From an uncultured bacterium (GTDB taxonomy: Bacteria > Krumholzibacteriota > Krumholzibacteriia > LZORAL124-64-63), in NCBI GenBank assembly GCA_963732385.1, contig CAVSZB010000005.1, positions 160,001 to 224,000 of the forward strand: a DNA stretch of 64,000 bases, given 5' to 3'. This document shows, piece after piece, positions 19,711 to 29,280 of the stretch (its first letter is position 1; every line of letters starts with the position of its first letter). The position numbers and the translations under genes were made by a program. The notes beneath the pieces are model-generated. The model was not told the origin of the DNA and did not search any database. It saw only the letters and a program-made list of their open reading frames with translations.

Positions 19711-19738
19711 GGGGCCGGCGCCTCGTGGCGCCGGCCCC
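19711..19738 (-). terminator. Hairpin downstream of pckA
   Basis: GGGGCCGGCGCC-TCGT-GGCGCCGGCCCC, a 12-bp stem followed on the minus strand by TCGGTTTGT. Confidence 0.6.
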
Positions 19739-19767
19739 CGGATCATCCCGCAGCGTGAAGAACTGTC

Positions 19768-21408
19768 CTAGATCTTCGGCCCGGCAGTCTTCACGTCGTC
19801 CGGGCAGTCGTCGGCGAACTTCTTGAAGTTGTCGATGAAGCGCGAGGCCAGCCCCTTGTAGCGCTTCATGTAGGCGGCCTTGTCCGGCCACGCGGCGGCC
19901 GGGTTCATGACGCCGTCGGGGATCTCGGGGCAGCTCCTGGGCACCTGGAACCCGAACACCGGATCGGTGAAGTACTCCACGTTGAGCAGCTTGCCGTCGA
20001 GCGTGGCGTTGAGCATGGTGCGCGTGTACTTGATGCTGATACGCTTGCCCACGCCGTAGGGACCGCCCACCCAGCCGGTATTGAGCAGCCAGCAGTTCAC
20101 TTCGTGACGCTCGATCTTGCGGCGCAGCACCTCGGCGTAGAAGGCGGGGCGGTGCACCATGAACGGCCCGCCGAAGCAGGTCGAGAAGGTGATCTCCGGC
20201 TCCTCGCCCAGGCCGATCTCGGTGCCACCGACCTTCGAGGTGTAGCCGCTGATGAAGTGATACAGCGCCTGCGGCACCGACAGCTTCGCGATCGGCGGCA
20301 TGACGCCCGAAGCGTCGCAGGTCAAAAAGACGATGTTCTTCGGGTGCGCCCCCGCCATTTCGGGCACCGCGTTGTCGATGAACTCGAGCGGGTACGAGGC
20401 GCGCGTGTTCTCGGTGCGCGTCTCGTCGTCGAGGTCGATCATGCGGGTGACCGGATCGAAGACCACGTTCTCGAGGATCGTGCCGAAGCGACGGGTGGCG
20501 GCGAAGATCTGCGGCTCGGCCGAGGGCGAGAGCGCGATGACCTTCGCGTAGCAGCCGGCCTCGAAGTTGAAGATGCCGTCGTCGCTCCAGCCGTGCTCGT
20601 CGTCGCCGATAAGACCGCGCTTGGGGTCGGCCGACAACGTTGTCTTGCCGGTGCCGGAGAGGCCGAAGAAGAGCGCGGTGTCGCCCTGCGCGCCGCGGTT
20701 GGCGGAGCAGTGCATCGTCATCACGCCCTGCAGCGGCAGCAGGTAGTTCATGATCGTGAAGACCGACTTCTTGATCTCGCCTGCGTAGCCGGAGCCGCCG
20801 ATGATGCACAGTTTCTGCGCGAAGTTGATGGCGATGACCGTCGGCGACGAAGTGCCGTCCATCTGCGGGAACGCCTTGAAGCCGGGCGCCGCGATGACGG
20901 TGAACTCCGGCACGTGCCGCCGGCACTCCTCGTTCGTCTTCGGCGTGATGAACATGTTCCGGGCGAACATGCTGTGCCAGGCCGATTCGGTCAGGATGCG
21001 CACCGGCAGGCGGAAGTTCTCGTCCGCGCCGCAGAAGCAGTCCTGGATGAAGACGTCGCGCCCCTGCAGGTAGCCCTGCACCCGCATGAGCAGGTCGTGG
21101 AACTTCTCCGGGCTGTAGGGGCGGTTGTACTGCCCCCACCAGACATGCCCTTCGCTGCTCGCCTCGCGGGTGACGACCTTGTCGTTCGCCGCGCGGGCGG
21201 TGTGCTTGCCGGTGTTGACCACCAGCGCGCCGTGGAGCGTGATCTTCCCCTCGTTGCGGAAGACCGCCTCTTCGTAGAGCGCCTCGGTCGGCAGGTTCCA
21301 GTAGACGCGGTTCAGGTCGACCAGGCCGTGGTTCTCCAGGCCGAAGTCGCTCCTGAGCGCCGCCGCCTGGCCCTCCGCCGGGCTCTTGATGTCGAGAATG
21401 TTGTTCAC
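19768..21408 (-). CDS. pckA: Phosphoenolpyruvate carboxykinase (ATP)
   Basis: YAGEIKKS, MHCSAN, FFGLSGTGKTTLSAD, LIGDDEHGW, TENTRASYP. GTG 21408 overlaps the upstream stop (GTGA). Confidence 0.97.
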   Translation of the reverse strand: MNNILDIKSPAEGQAAALRSDFGLENHGLVDLNRVYWNLPTEALYEEAVFRNEGKITLHGALVVNTGKHTARAANDKVVTREASSEGHVWWGQYNRPYSPEKFHDLLMRVQGYLQGRDVFIQDCFCGADENFRLPVRILTESAWHSMFARNMFITPKTNEECRRHVPEFTVIAAPGFKAFPQMDGTSSPTVIAINFAQKLCIIGGSGYAGEIKKSVFTIMNYLLPLQGVMTMHCSANRGAQGDTALFFGLSGTGKTTLSADPKRGLIGDDEHGWSDDGIFNFEAGCYAKVIALSPSAEPQIFAATRRFGTILENVVFDPVTRMIDLDDETRTENTRASYPLEFIDNAVPEMAGAHPKNIVFLTCDASGVMPPIAKLSVPQALYHFISGYTSKVGGTEIGLGEEPEITFSTCFGGPFMVHRPAFYAEVLRRKIERHEVNCWLLNTGWVGGPYGVGKRISIKYTRTMLNATLDGKLLNVEYFTDPVFGFQVPRSCPEIPDGVMNPAAAWPDKAAYMKRYKGLASRFIDNFKKFADDCPDDVKTAGPKI

Positions 21409-22634
21409 AGCCAATCCCTCACCATCTTGCGGTCGCCGAGATAGATCTCGTTCGGCGAGTTGGGGTCGAGCGCCCACTTCATCCGTTCGATCCCCACCGT
21501 CACGTCCTTCACCGTGCCGGCGAAGCTGAGGCGGAGGTGACCTTCCATGCCGAACTCCTTGCCGGGCACGGTAACGACGCGCGCCTTGTCGAGCAGGAAC
21601 TTCGAGAGATCGACCGACTTGCCACCGAACCGCGGCGTGTAGGCGCGGAAGTCCGGCAGGCAGTAGAAGGTGCCGTCGGGCGGCACGCACTTGACGTCGC
21701 GGAACGACTTGAGCTCCTGCATGATGACGTTGCGGTTGTTCTCGATCGTCAGCCGCAGACCTTCCACCACGCTCTGCATGCCGGTCAGCGCCCCCTCGGC
21801 AGCCGACTGCAGCACCGTCGAGGCGCACGAGGTCGTGGCGGCCTGGATGTTGTTGATGACCGAGACCAGCTTGCGGTTGGTCACCACCCACCCGATCCGG
21901 AAGCCGGTCATGCCGTACGACTTTGAAACCCCGTTCATGACGATGACCATCGTCGACTCGAGGTCCTTTTTCGCGTACTTGTACGGAGACGGCCAGGTTT
22001 TGCCGTCGAAGACGAGCTTGTGGTAGATGTCGTCCATGATGACCCAGATGCCCTTCTTCTCGCAGAACTCGATCAGCTCCGCGAGGAACGACTCCGGGTA
22101 CATGCACCCCGACGGGTTGTTCGGGCTGTTGACGACGATCGCGCGGGTGTAGCTGCCGACCGCGCGCTTGATGTCCTCCAGGCGCGGCTGGAAGCCGCCG
22201 TCCTCCGGCGTCACCACCACCGGCACCCCGTAGCACATCTTGATCATCTCGGGGTAGCTGACCCAGTAGGGCGCGAGGAGAATCACCTCGTCCTGCGGGT
22301 TGAGGATGCTGAAGAGGATGTTGAACAGCGAAAGCTTGGCGCCGGCCGAGACGATCACGTTCTCGGGCGCCACCACCTTGTCGTAGTTCTCCTCGGTGTA
22401 GCGGATGATCGCCTTCTTGAGCGAAGGGATGCCGTCCGACGGCGCATACTTGATCTCGCCTCCGGACAGCCGCGCCGCCGCTGCCAGGATCGCCGTGATC
22501 GGCGCCTTGTTCTTCGGTTCGCCGATGCCGAGGTGGATGACCGACTCGCCCTTCTCGCGCAGGATCCTGGCTTCCTCGTTCAGGCGCAGGGTGGGCGATT
22601 CGACGATGGAGCTGGCAAGCTTGCTGAGAATCAT
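21405..22634 (-). CDS. Aspartate aminotransferase-like class I/II PLP aminotransferase
   Basis: GEP, APYWVSYPEM, NSPNNPSG, DDIY, NGVSKSYGMTGFRIG. Translationally coupled to pckA. Confidence 0.9.
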   Translation of the reverse strand: MILSKLASSIVESPTLRLNEEARILREKGESVIHLGIGEPKNKAPITAILAAAARLSGGEIKYAPSDGIPSLKKAIIRYTEENYDKVVAPENVIVSAGAKLSLFNILFSILNPQDEVILLAPYWVSYPEMIKMCYGVPVVVTPEDGGFQPRLEDIKRAVGSYTRAIVVNSPNNPSGCMYPESFLAELIEFCEKKGIWVIMDDIYHKLVFDGKTWPSPYKYAKKDLESTMVIVMNGVSKSYGMTGFRIGWVVTNRKLVSVINNIQAATTSCASTVLQSAAEGALTGMQSVVEGLRLTIENNRNVIMQELKSFRDVKCVPPDGTFYCLPDFRAYTPRFGGKSVDLSKFLLDKARVVTVPGKEFGMEGHLRLSFAGTVKDVTVGIERMKWALDPNSPNEIYLGDRKMVRDWL

Positions 22635-22896
22635 GGCTCGTCCGCTCTCCCGGGTCCGGAAAGGGCGGCCGCCGGGCCGCGACGACTGCCGCGGATCCGC
22701 GCGACGCGCATGGCTGCGTGACCGGCCAAATGTAGGCAGCGCCGGGGGAGGCGTCAACGCGACATTACCGCCGCCTTCGCCGGGAGGCATACTTCCCTTG
22801 TTTGGCCTTCGTGGCGACAGAACGGTCATCATCTCCTATCTTGGAACGTCCCTTTCGACCGGCGCGATGCGGCGCCGAAAACCCGGGAGAGCGCAC

Positions 22897-24297
22897 ATGG
22901 CCTGTTTCCGGCTTTTCGTGGCGCTGGCGGCGCTCGTCGCTCCGGCCACCCTCCCCGCCGCCCCCCCGTCGACCGCGGCGCCGGAGTCCCCGGTCCCGCG
23001 CCTGCTCGCCGCCGCCCTCGCCGACAGCCACGCCTGGTCGCGGCTCGGCGAGTTGTGCGACCTGGTCGGACCGCGTCTGAACGGCTCCGCCGGACAGGCC
23101 CGCGCCGTGGCCTGGGCGCTGACCGGGATGCGGGACGACGGTCTGACGGCGGTCCGCGCGGAACCGGTGCAGGTGCCGCACTGGGTGCGGGGCGACGAGT
23201 CGGCCGAGTGTCTGGCGCCGCTCCGTTTCGCCCTGCCGGTGCTCGGCCTCGGCGGCACCGTCGGCACCCCGCCCGGCGGGGTCGAGGCGGACCTGCTCGC
23301 CGTGCGCGATTTCGACGAACTGGCAGCCCGCGCCACCGAGGTGCGCGGCAGGATCGTGCTGTTCGACCCGCCATGGGAGGACTACGGCAAGACCGTCCAG
23401 TACCGCGCCTGCGGCGCCGACGCCGCGGCGAAGCACGGCGCGGTGGCCTGCCTGATCCGCTCGGTGACCGACGTGAGCCTGGCCACGCTCCACACCGGCA
23501 TCATGCGCTACGCCGACCGCGCCGACACCGCCTGGGCCGACGTGCCGCAGATCCCCGCCGCCGCCCTCACCGTCGAAGACGCCGGCCGGCTGCACCGCCT
23601 GGCGCTCGCCGGACACGCAGTGCGCATCCACCTGTCGCTCGGGGCGCGGACCCTGCCCGACACCGGATCGGCGAACGTGGTCGGCGAGGTGCGCGGACGC
23701 GAGCGGCCGGAGGAGATCGTCGTCATCAGCGCCCATCTCGACTCGTGGGACGTCGGCACCGGAGCCCACGACGACGGGGCCGGCTGCGTTATCGTGATGG
23801 AGGCGGCCCGCCTGCTGGCGCGGCTGCCTGTCGCACCGCGCCGCACGGTCCGGGTCGTCCTCTTCGCCGACGAGGAAAACGCGCAGACCGGCGGCAAGGC
23901 GTACGCCACCGCCCACGCCGACGAGATCGCCTGCCATGTGGCGGCTCTCGAGTGCGATTCGGGCGGCTTCGCGCCACTGGGCTTCTCGGTCCAGGGCGAC
24001 TCAGCCACGGTGGCGCAGGTGAGCGCGCTGGCCCGCCCACTGGTTGCGATCGGCGCCGCCGAGGTCACGCCGGGCGGCAGCGGCGTCGATGTGTCGTTCA
24101 TCGTGGAGCAGGGGGTGCCCGGCATCGGCCATCGGGTCGATGGCGCTAGCTACTTCGAGTATCACCACAGCCCCGCCGACACCTTCGACAAGATCGACGC
24201 CCGCGACCTGGCGAAGAACGTGGCCGCCGTGGCTGCGCTCGCCTGGGCCCTGGCCGAGGATCCCGAACCGCTGCACCGCGTGGCCCGGGCGCCGTGA
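22897..24297 (+). CDS. Secreted M28 family peptidase (carboxypeptidase Q-like)
   Basis: Signal peptide, GPRLNGS, SAHLDSWDVGTGAHDDGAG, DEE, YHHSPADTFDK. Confidence 0.9.
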   Translation: MACFRLFVALAALVAPATLPAAPPSTAAPESPVPRLLAAALADSHAWSRLGELCDLVGPRLNGSAGQARAVAWALTGMRDDGLTAVRAEPVQVPHWVRGDESAECLAPLRFALPVLGLGGTVGTPPGGVEADLLAVRDFDELAARATEVRGRIVLFDPPWEDYGKTVQYRACGADAAAKHGAVACLIRSVTDVSLATLHTGIMRYADRADTAWADVPQIPAAALTVEDAGRLHRLALAGHAVRIHLSLGARTLPDTGSANVVGEVRGRERPEEIVVISAHLDSWDVGTGAHDDGAGCVIVMEAARLLARLPVAPRRTVRVVLFADEENAQTGGKAYATAHADEIACHVAALECDSGGFAPLGFSVQGDSATVAQVSALARPLVAIGAAEVTPGGSGVDVSFIVEQGVPGIGHRVDGASYFEYHHSPADTFDKIDARDLAKNVAAVAALAWALAEDPEPLHRVARAP

Positions 24298-24310
24298 GGG
24301 AGGGAGCTGC

Positions 24311-25738
24311 ATGACCGGTTTCATGGCGCGCCTGCGCCACGGCCACCGCCGCCCCGGCCCCGGCGAGCCGGACGCCATCCTTGAGGGTCCGGTCCGCCGG
24401 ACCCTGCTCGGCCTGAGCGTCCCGATGATCCTGGCGATGCTCCTCGTGACCGGGTTCGGTCTGGTGGACATGATCTACCTCGGCCGCTACAGCAAGGAGG
24501 CGATGGCCTCCATCCAGATCGCCTTCCCGGTGAGCTACCTGCTGATGGCGCTGGCCGGCGCGCTCGGCACCGCGGCGACGTCGCTCGGCTCGCGCCTCCT
24601 CGGCGCCGGCGACGAGCGGCAGGCCCGCAATCTGGTGCTGCACCTGCTCGCGGTAGTCGGCGGCCTGACGGCGCTGATCATGCCGCTCGGCCAGTTCTTC
24701 CTCCGCGAGGCGCTCGCTCCCGCCCACGCCGAGCCGGCGGTGCTGGCCGGCGCGCTCGCCTACGCGCGCATCTCGTACTGGGGCGCCATTTTCGCCCTCT
24801 TCCCCCAGGTCGTGAATTCGCTCTTCCGCGCCGAGGGCGACACCATGCTGCCGTTCAAGACGATGGCCATCGCCCTGGTGTGCAACATCATCCTCGACCC
24901 GCTCTTCATCTTCGGCCTCGGCCCGTTCCCCGAGCTGGGCGTGGCTGGCGCCGCATTCACCACCGTGGCGAGCTTCGGCCTCGCCTCGCTGCTGGTAACG
25001 CGCGAACTGTTCAACCGGAACCGCCGGATGCACATCGCGCGCGCCGCCTGGCGCTGGGACCCCGGACTGTTGCGCGGTCTGGCCGTCGTGGCCGGCCCCG
25101 CCTTCCTGGCCAACCTCGCCACTCCGCTCTCGATCGAACTGATCAACCGCCAGCTCGCCCCCTTCGGCACCGACGCCCTCGCCGCCTTCGGCGCCGGCAG
25201 CCGCCTGTTGAACTTCGTCTTCCTGCCGACACTCGGCATCTCGCTCAGCATGCTGATCATGGTGGGCCAGAACCACGGCGCCGGCCGACGCGACCGCGTG
25301 CTCCGCATCACCTGGACCGCCGTCGGCGCCGCGATCACTCTGCTCGTCGCGCTCGCCGTACCGATCATGCTGTTTCCCCGCGCCGCCATCGGCCTGTTCA
25401 CCGACGAACCGTCGGTGATCGCCCTCGCCATCCCGTTCGTCCTCTGGGTCACCCCGGCCCGCCCGATGCTCAGCCTCGTGAACATCACCGCCTACTGGTT
25501 CCAGGCCCGCGGTCAGGGCCTTGCCGGCATGGGGCCCAACTTCCTGATGCGCGTCATCCTTGAACCGCTCGGCGTCTACGTCGGCCTCCACGCCGCCCGC
25601 GGTCTGACCGGCGGCTGGATCGGCATGGCGGCGGGAAACGTGGCGGGCGGCCTCGCCTGCCTCTGGCTGCTCTGGTGGCGGCTGCGGGCCTATAGTGGGA
25701 GGGGCGCGGCAGGAGATGGGCGACCGGAAATGGCGTGA
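24311..25738 (+). CDS. MATE family efflux transporter
   Basis: About 12 TM helices; VDMIYLGR, FRAEGDT, NIILDPLFIFG...LGVAGAA, VGQNHGAG. Confidence 0.9.
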   Translation: MTGFMARLRHGHRRPGPGEPDAILEGPVRRTLLGLSVPMILAMLLVTGFGLVDMIYLGRYSKEAMASIQIAFPVSYLLMALAGALGTAATSLGSRLLGAGDERQARNLVLHLLAVVGGLTALIMPLGQFFLREALAPAHAEPAVLAGALAYARISYWGAIFALFPQVVNSLFRAEGDTMLPFKTMAIALVCNIILDPLFIFGLGPFPELGVAGAAFTTVASFGLASLLVTRELFNRNRRMHIARAAWRWDPGLLRGLAVVAGPAFLANLATPLSIELINRQLAPFGTDALAAFGAGSRLLNFVFLPTLGISLSMLIMVGQNHGAGRRDRVLRITWTAVGAAITLLVALAVPIMLFPRAAIGLFTDEPSVIALAIPFVLWVTPARPMLSLVNITAYWFQARGQGLAGMGPNFLMRVILEPLGVYVGLHAARGLTGGWIGMAAGNVAGGLACLWLLWWRLRAYSGRGAAGDGRPEMA

Positions 25739-25850
25739 GCGGGAGGTCGCTTCTGCAACATCCGGCCGCCGTACTTCGTGATACCATGTCCACGTTTTTC
25801 GCGGCGCCCCCCCCCGGGCGGCGGACCCCGATCTCCGAAAGGATCCCACG

Positions 25851-28800
25851 ATGAGACGTCTGTTCGTCGCGTGCCTGCTGACGGCCCTGGGTCTGGGCGC
25901 CGCAATCGCTTCCGCTCTCACCCCGCCCGTCATTTCCGACCAGGCCAACCTCGAGGACATGCGTCTGCTGCGCCAGCCCGACATCCACGGCGACCGGATC
26001 GTGTTCGTCCACGGAGGGAACCTCTGGATCGTGCCGGCCGCGGGCGGCGAGGCCCGGCGGCTCACCAGCGCCGTCGGCTACGAACAGATGCCGAAGTTCT
26101 CCCCGGACGGGACGCAGATCGCCTTCACGGGCGAGTACGACGGGAACACCGACGTCTACGTGATGCCGGCCGCCGGGGGCGAGCCGGTGCGGCTCACCTT
26201 CCACCCGGCCTGGGACCGGGTGGTCGACTGGGAGCCCGACGGCAAGTCGATCCGGCTCCTTTCGCCGCGCCGGCAGTGGGGCGGCTTCTCGGTCCCCCTG
26301 TGGACGGTGCCGGTCGCCGGCGGACTGGAAACCCAGCTTCCGTTCTCCGAGGGGGGACTGTCGAGCTGGTCGCCCGACGGCAGGCGGCTCGCGTTCAACC
26401 GCCAGATCGTGGAGAACCGCTACTGGAAACGCTACAAGGGCGGCATGGCGCAGGACATCTGGGTCCACGACTTCAGGGACGGCAGGACCACGCGGCTGAC
26501 CGATTGGGTCGGCGCCGACAACTTCCCGATGTGGGCGGGCGACACGATCTACTTCACCAGTGACCGCACCGGCCGGCTCCAGATCTGGGCGCACGACATG
26601 AAATCGGGGCAGGAGCGCCAGATCACGAAGCATGAGGAGTACGACGTCAAGTGGCCGAGCCTCGGCACCGACTCCATCGTCTACGAGAACGGCGGCTGGC
26701 TCTGGGTGCTCGATCTGGCGTCCGGCCAGTCGCGCCGCGTCACCGTCTCCCTGCACGACGACCGCATCCTGGCCCGCCCGTCGTTCCGAGACGTGAGCGA
26801 CCGGATCGAGACCGCCGGCCTCGCGCCCGACGCGAACCGCGCCGTGTTCGTGGCCCGCGGCGACATCTTCACGGTTCCGGCCGACAAGGGCGACGTGCGC
26901 AACCTCACCCAGACCCCCGGCATCCGCGAACGCGGGGCCGCCTGGTCGCCCGACGGCCGCTGGATCGCCTACCTGAGCGACCGCACCGGCGAGTACGAGG
27001 TCTACCTCCGGCCGGGCGACGGCAAAGGGCCGGAGAAGCAGGTCACGCGGGGGGGCGGCAACTGGCGGTTCGACCCGCGCTGGTCGCCCGATTCAAAACG
27101 CCTCGCCTTCTCCGATTCGGATTTCGATCTCTGGCTGGTCGAGGCGGACGGCGGCGCCCTGACGAAGGTCGACCACGCGCCGGTGCGCGAGATCGACGAC
27201 CTGTCGTGGAGCGCCGACGGACGCTGGCTCGCCTACGCGAAGGCGGAGCCGAACCAGTTCCGCTCGCTCTTCCTCTACGACACGAAAACGCAGGGCATCA
27301 CCCGCGTGACGTCCGATTTGACCGACGACGCGAACCCGGCCTTCGACCCGGACGGCAAGTATCTCTTCTTTTCCTCGGCCCGGCACTTCCAGCCGGCGTT
27401 CGGCGGCTACGACCAGCGCCCGTTCTTCACCCGCCAGGACGGCCTTTACCTCGTCACGCTGAAGGCGGCCGACGCCAACCCGTTCGCGCCGGAAAGCGAC
27501 GAGGTCGCGGTGAAGGACGCGGACAAGCCGGCCGACGGCGCCAGGGACAAGAAGAAGGAGAAGGGCGACGACAAGAAAGGGGACAAGAAGGACGACAAGG
27601 AGGCCGCGAAGACGGCGCCCGTCGAGATCGATCTGGACGGGATCGGCGAGCGGGTCGTGGCGCTCCCGGTCGAGGCAGGCAACTTCGTGACGCTGCGCGC
27701 GGCCGAAGGCAAGCTGTTCTTCATCGACCGCCCCGCGCTGCCCGAAGGCGGCGACGACGAAGAGGATGGCGGCGGCGGCACGCTGAAGGTCTTCCTCATG
27801 GACAAACGCGAGGCCAAAGATGTCCTGCCGGGCCTGACCGGGTACGACCTGTCGACCGACGGCAAGAAGCTCCTCTACGCAATGGGAGCCAAGTACGGCA
27901 TCGTCGAGGCGGCGGCCGACCAGAAGCCGGCCGAGAAGCCGCTGCGCACCGGCGAGATGAAGGCGAAGGTCGATCCGCGGGCCGAATGGGCGCAGATGTT
28001 CCGCGAGGTCTGGCGGCTCGAGCGCGATTTCTTCTACGACCCCGGCATGCACGGCGTCGACTGGGAGGCGATGGGCCGCCGCTACGGGCAACTCGCCCCC
28101 TACGCCGCGCACCGCGCCGACCTGGAGTACCTCGTCGGCGAGCTGATCGGCGAGCTGAACTGCTCCCACACCTACGCCGGCGGGGGCGACCTGCCGAAGG
28201 TGCCGCGCATCGGCACGGGGCTGCTCGGCTGTGACTTCCGGCTCGAACCGGGCGCCGACCGCTACCGGATCGTCGACATCCTGCGCGAACGCGACTGGAA
28301 TGCCGACCAGCGCACGCCGCTCGCCGGCCCCGGCATCGACGTGAAAGAGGGCGACTTTTTGCTCACCGTCGACGGCGTCGACCTGCGCGCGCCCACCAGC
28401 CCCTACAGTCTGTTCGAGAACAAGGTCGACCGGCAGGTCGTCCTGAAGGTCTCGGCCGACACATCGGGCAATAACGCCCGCGAGGTGACGGTGCAGCCGA
28501 TCGGCTCGGAGCTCGGCCTGCGCTACGTGAAGTGGGTCGGCGACAACCGGCGCAAGGTGGCCGAGCTGTCACACGGGCGCATCGGCTACTTCCACATGCC
28601 GAACACGGCGGTCGGCGGCGTGCAGGAGTTTACCAAGGGGTACTACCCGCAGCTCAAGCGTGACGCGATCATCATCGACGAACGCAACAACGGGGGCGGC
28701 TTCATCCCCGACATTTTCACGCTCGTGCTCGGCCAGAAGCCGATCAACATGTGGGGCCGCCGGCCCGGCATGCAGAGCGAGGTCACGCCCCCCACCGCTT

Positions 28801-29186
28801 TCGCCGGCCCGCAGGCGATGCTGACCAACGGCTACGCCGGCAGCGGCGGCGACGCGCTGCCGTGGTACTTCCAGCAGGCGAAGATCGGGCCGGTGATCGG
28901 CACCCGCACCTGGGGCGGTCTGGTCGGCATCGACCGGGGCATCTCCCTGATGGACGGCGGCTACATCACGATGCCGTCGTTCGGCTTCTACATGCTCGAC
29001 GGCAAGTGGGGCGTGGAGAACCACGGCACCGAGCCCGACATCGACATCGACAACCTGCCCGATGAGGAGTACCGGGGGCATGACGCCCAGCTTGAAAAGG
29101 CGGTGGAGGTGCTGCTGAAGGAGCTCGACAAGGGCGGGTCGCGCCTGCCGGAGCGTCCTGCCTATCCGCGCGACAAGATGCAATAG
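25851..29186 (+). CDS. Tricorn-type S41 protease (PD40 propellers, PDZ, S41 domain)
   Basis: Repeated WSPDG, GELNCSHTY, IIDERNNGGG, AGSGGD catalytic Ser, GTRTWGG, ENHGTEPD. Confidence 0.94.
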   Translation: MRRLFVACLLTALGLGAAIASALTPPVISDQANLEDMRLLRQPDIHGDRIVFVHGGNLWIVPAAGGEARRLTSAVGYEQMPKFSPDGTQIAFTGEYDGNTDVYVMPAAGGEPVRLTFHPAWDRVVDWEPDGKSIRLLSPRRQWGGFSVPLWTVPVAGGLETQLPFSEGGLSSWSPDGRRLAFNRQIVENRYWKRYKGGMAQDIWVHDFRDGRTTRLTDWVGADNFPMWAGDTIYFTSDRTGRLQIWAHDMKSGQERQITKHEEYDVKWPSLGTDSIVYENGGWLWVLDLASGQSRRVTVSLHDDRILARPSFRDVSDRIETAGLAPDANRAVFVARGDIFTVPADKGDVRNLTQTPGIRERGAAWSPDGRWIAYLSDRTGEYEVYLRPGDGKGPEKQVTRGGGNWRFDPRWSPDSKRLAFSDSDFDLWLVEADGGALTKVDHAPVREIDDLSWSADGRWLAYAKAEPNQFRSLFLYDTKTQGITRVTSDLTDDANPAFDPDGKYLFFSSARHFQPAFGGYDQRPFFTRQDGLYLVTLKAADANPFAPESDEVAVKDADKPADGARDKKKEKGDDKKGDKKDDKEAAKTAPVEIDLDGIGERVVALPVEAGNFVTLRAAEGKLFFIDRPALPEGGDDEEDGGGGTLKVFLMDKREAKDVLPGLTGYDLSTDGKKLLYAMGAKYGIVEAAADQKPAEKPLRTGEMKAKVDPRAEWAQMFREVWRLERDFFYDPGMHGVDWEAMGRRYGQLAPYAAHRADLEYLVGELIGELNCSHTYAGGGDLPKVPRIGTGLLGCDFRLEPGADRYRIVDILRERDWNADQRTPLAGPGIDVKEGDFLLTVDGVDLRAPTSPYSLFENKVDRQVVLKVSADTSGNNAREVTVQPIGSELGLRYVKWVGDNRRKVAELSHGRIGYFHMPNTAVGGVQEFTKGYYPQLKRDAIIIDERNNGGGFIPDIFTLVLGQKPINMWGRRPGMQSEVTPPTAFAGPQAMLTNGYAGSGGDALPWYFQQAKIGPVIGTRTWGGLVGIDRGISLMDGGYITMPSFGFYMLDGKWGVENHGTEPDIDIDNLPDEEYRGHDAQLEKAVEVLLKELDKGGSRLPERPAYPRDKMQ

Positions 29187-29220
29187 CGGCGCCGCGCCAC
29201 CGCGCCCGGCGATACGGAAA

Positions 29221-29258
29221 CGCAACGCCCCGGAACGGTCCGGGGCGTTGCGCGTTTC
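29221..29258. terminator. Bidirectional intrinsic terminator between convergent genes
   Basis: CGCAACGCCCCGGA-ACGG-TCCGGGGCGTTGCG, a 14-bp stem flanked by GAAA and GTTTC. Confidence 0.75.
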
Positions 29259-29280
29259 ACGGACCGGCGCGCGCCGCGGC

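Noticed and set aside
27520..27610. GACAAGAAG-like repeats in the tricorn protease gene
   Set aside because: They encode a low-complexity Asp/Lys linker common in this family, not a DNA repeat or CRISPR.
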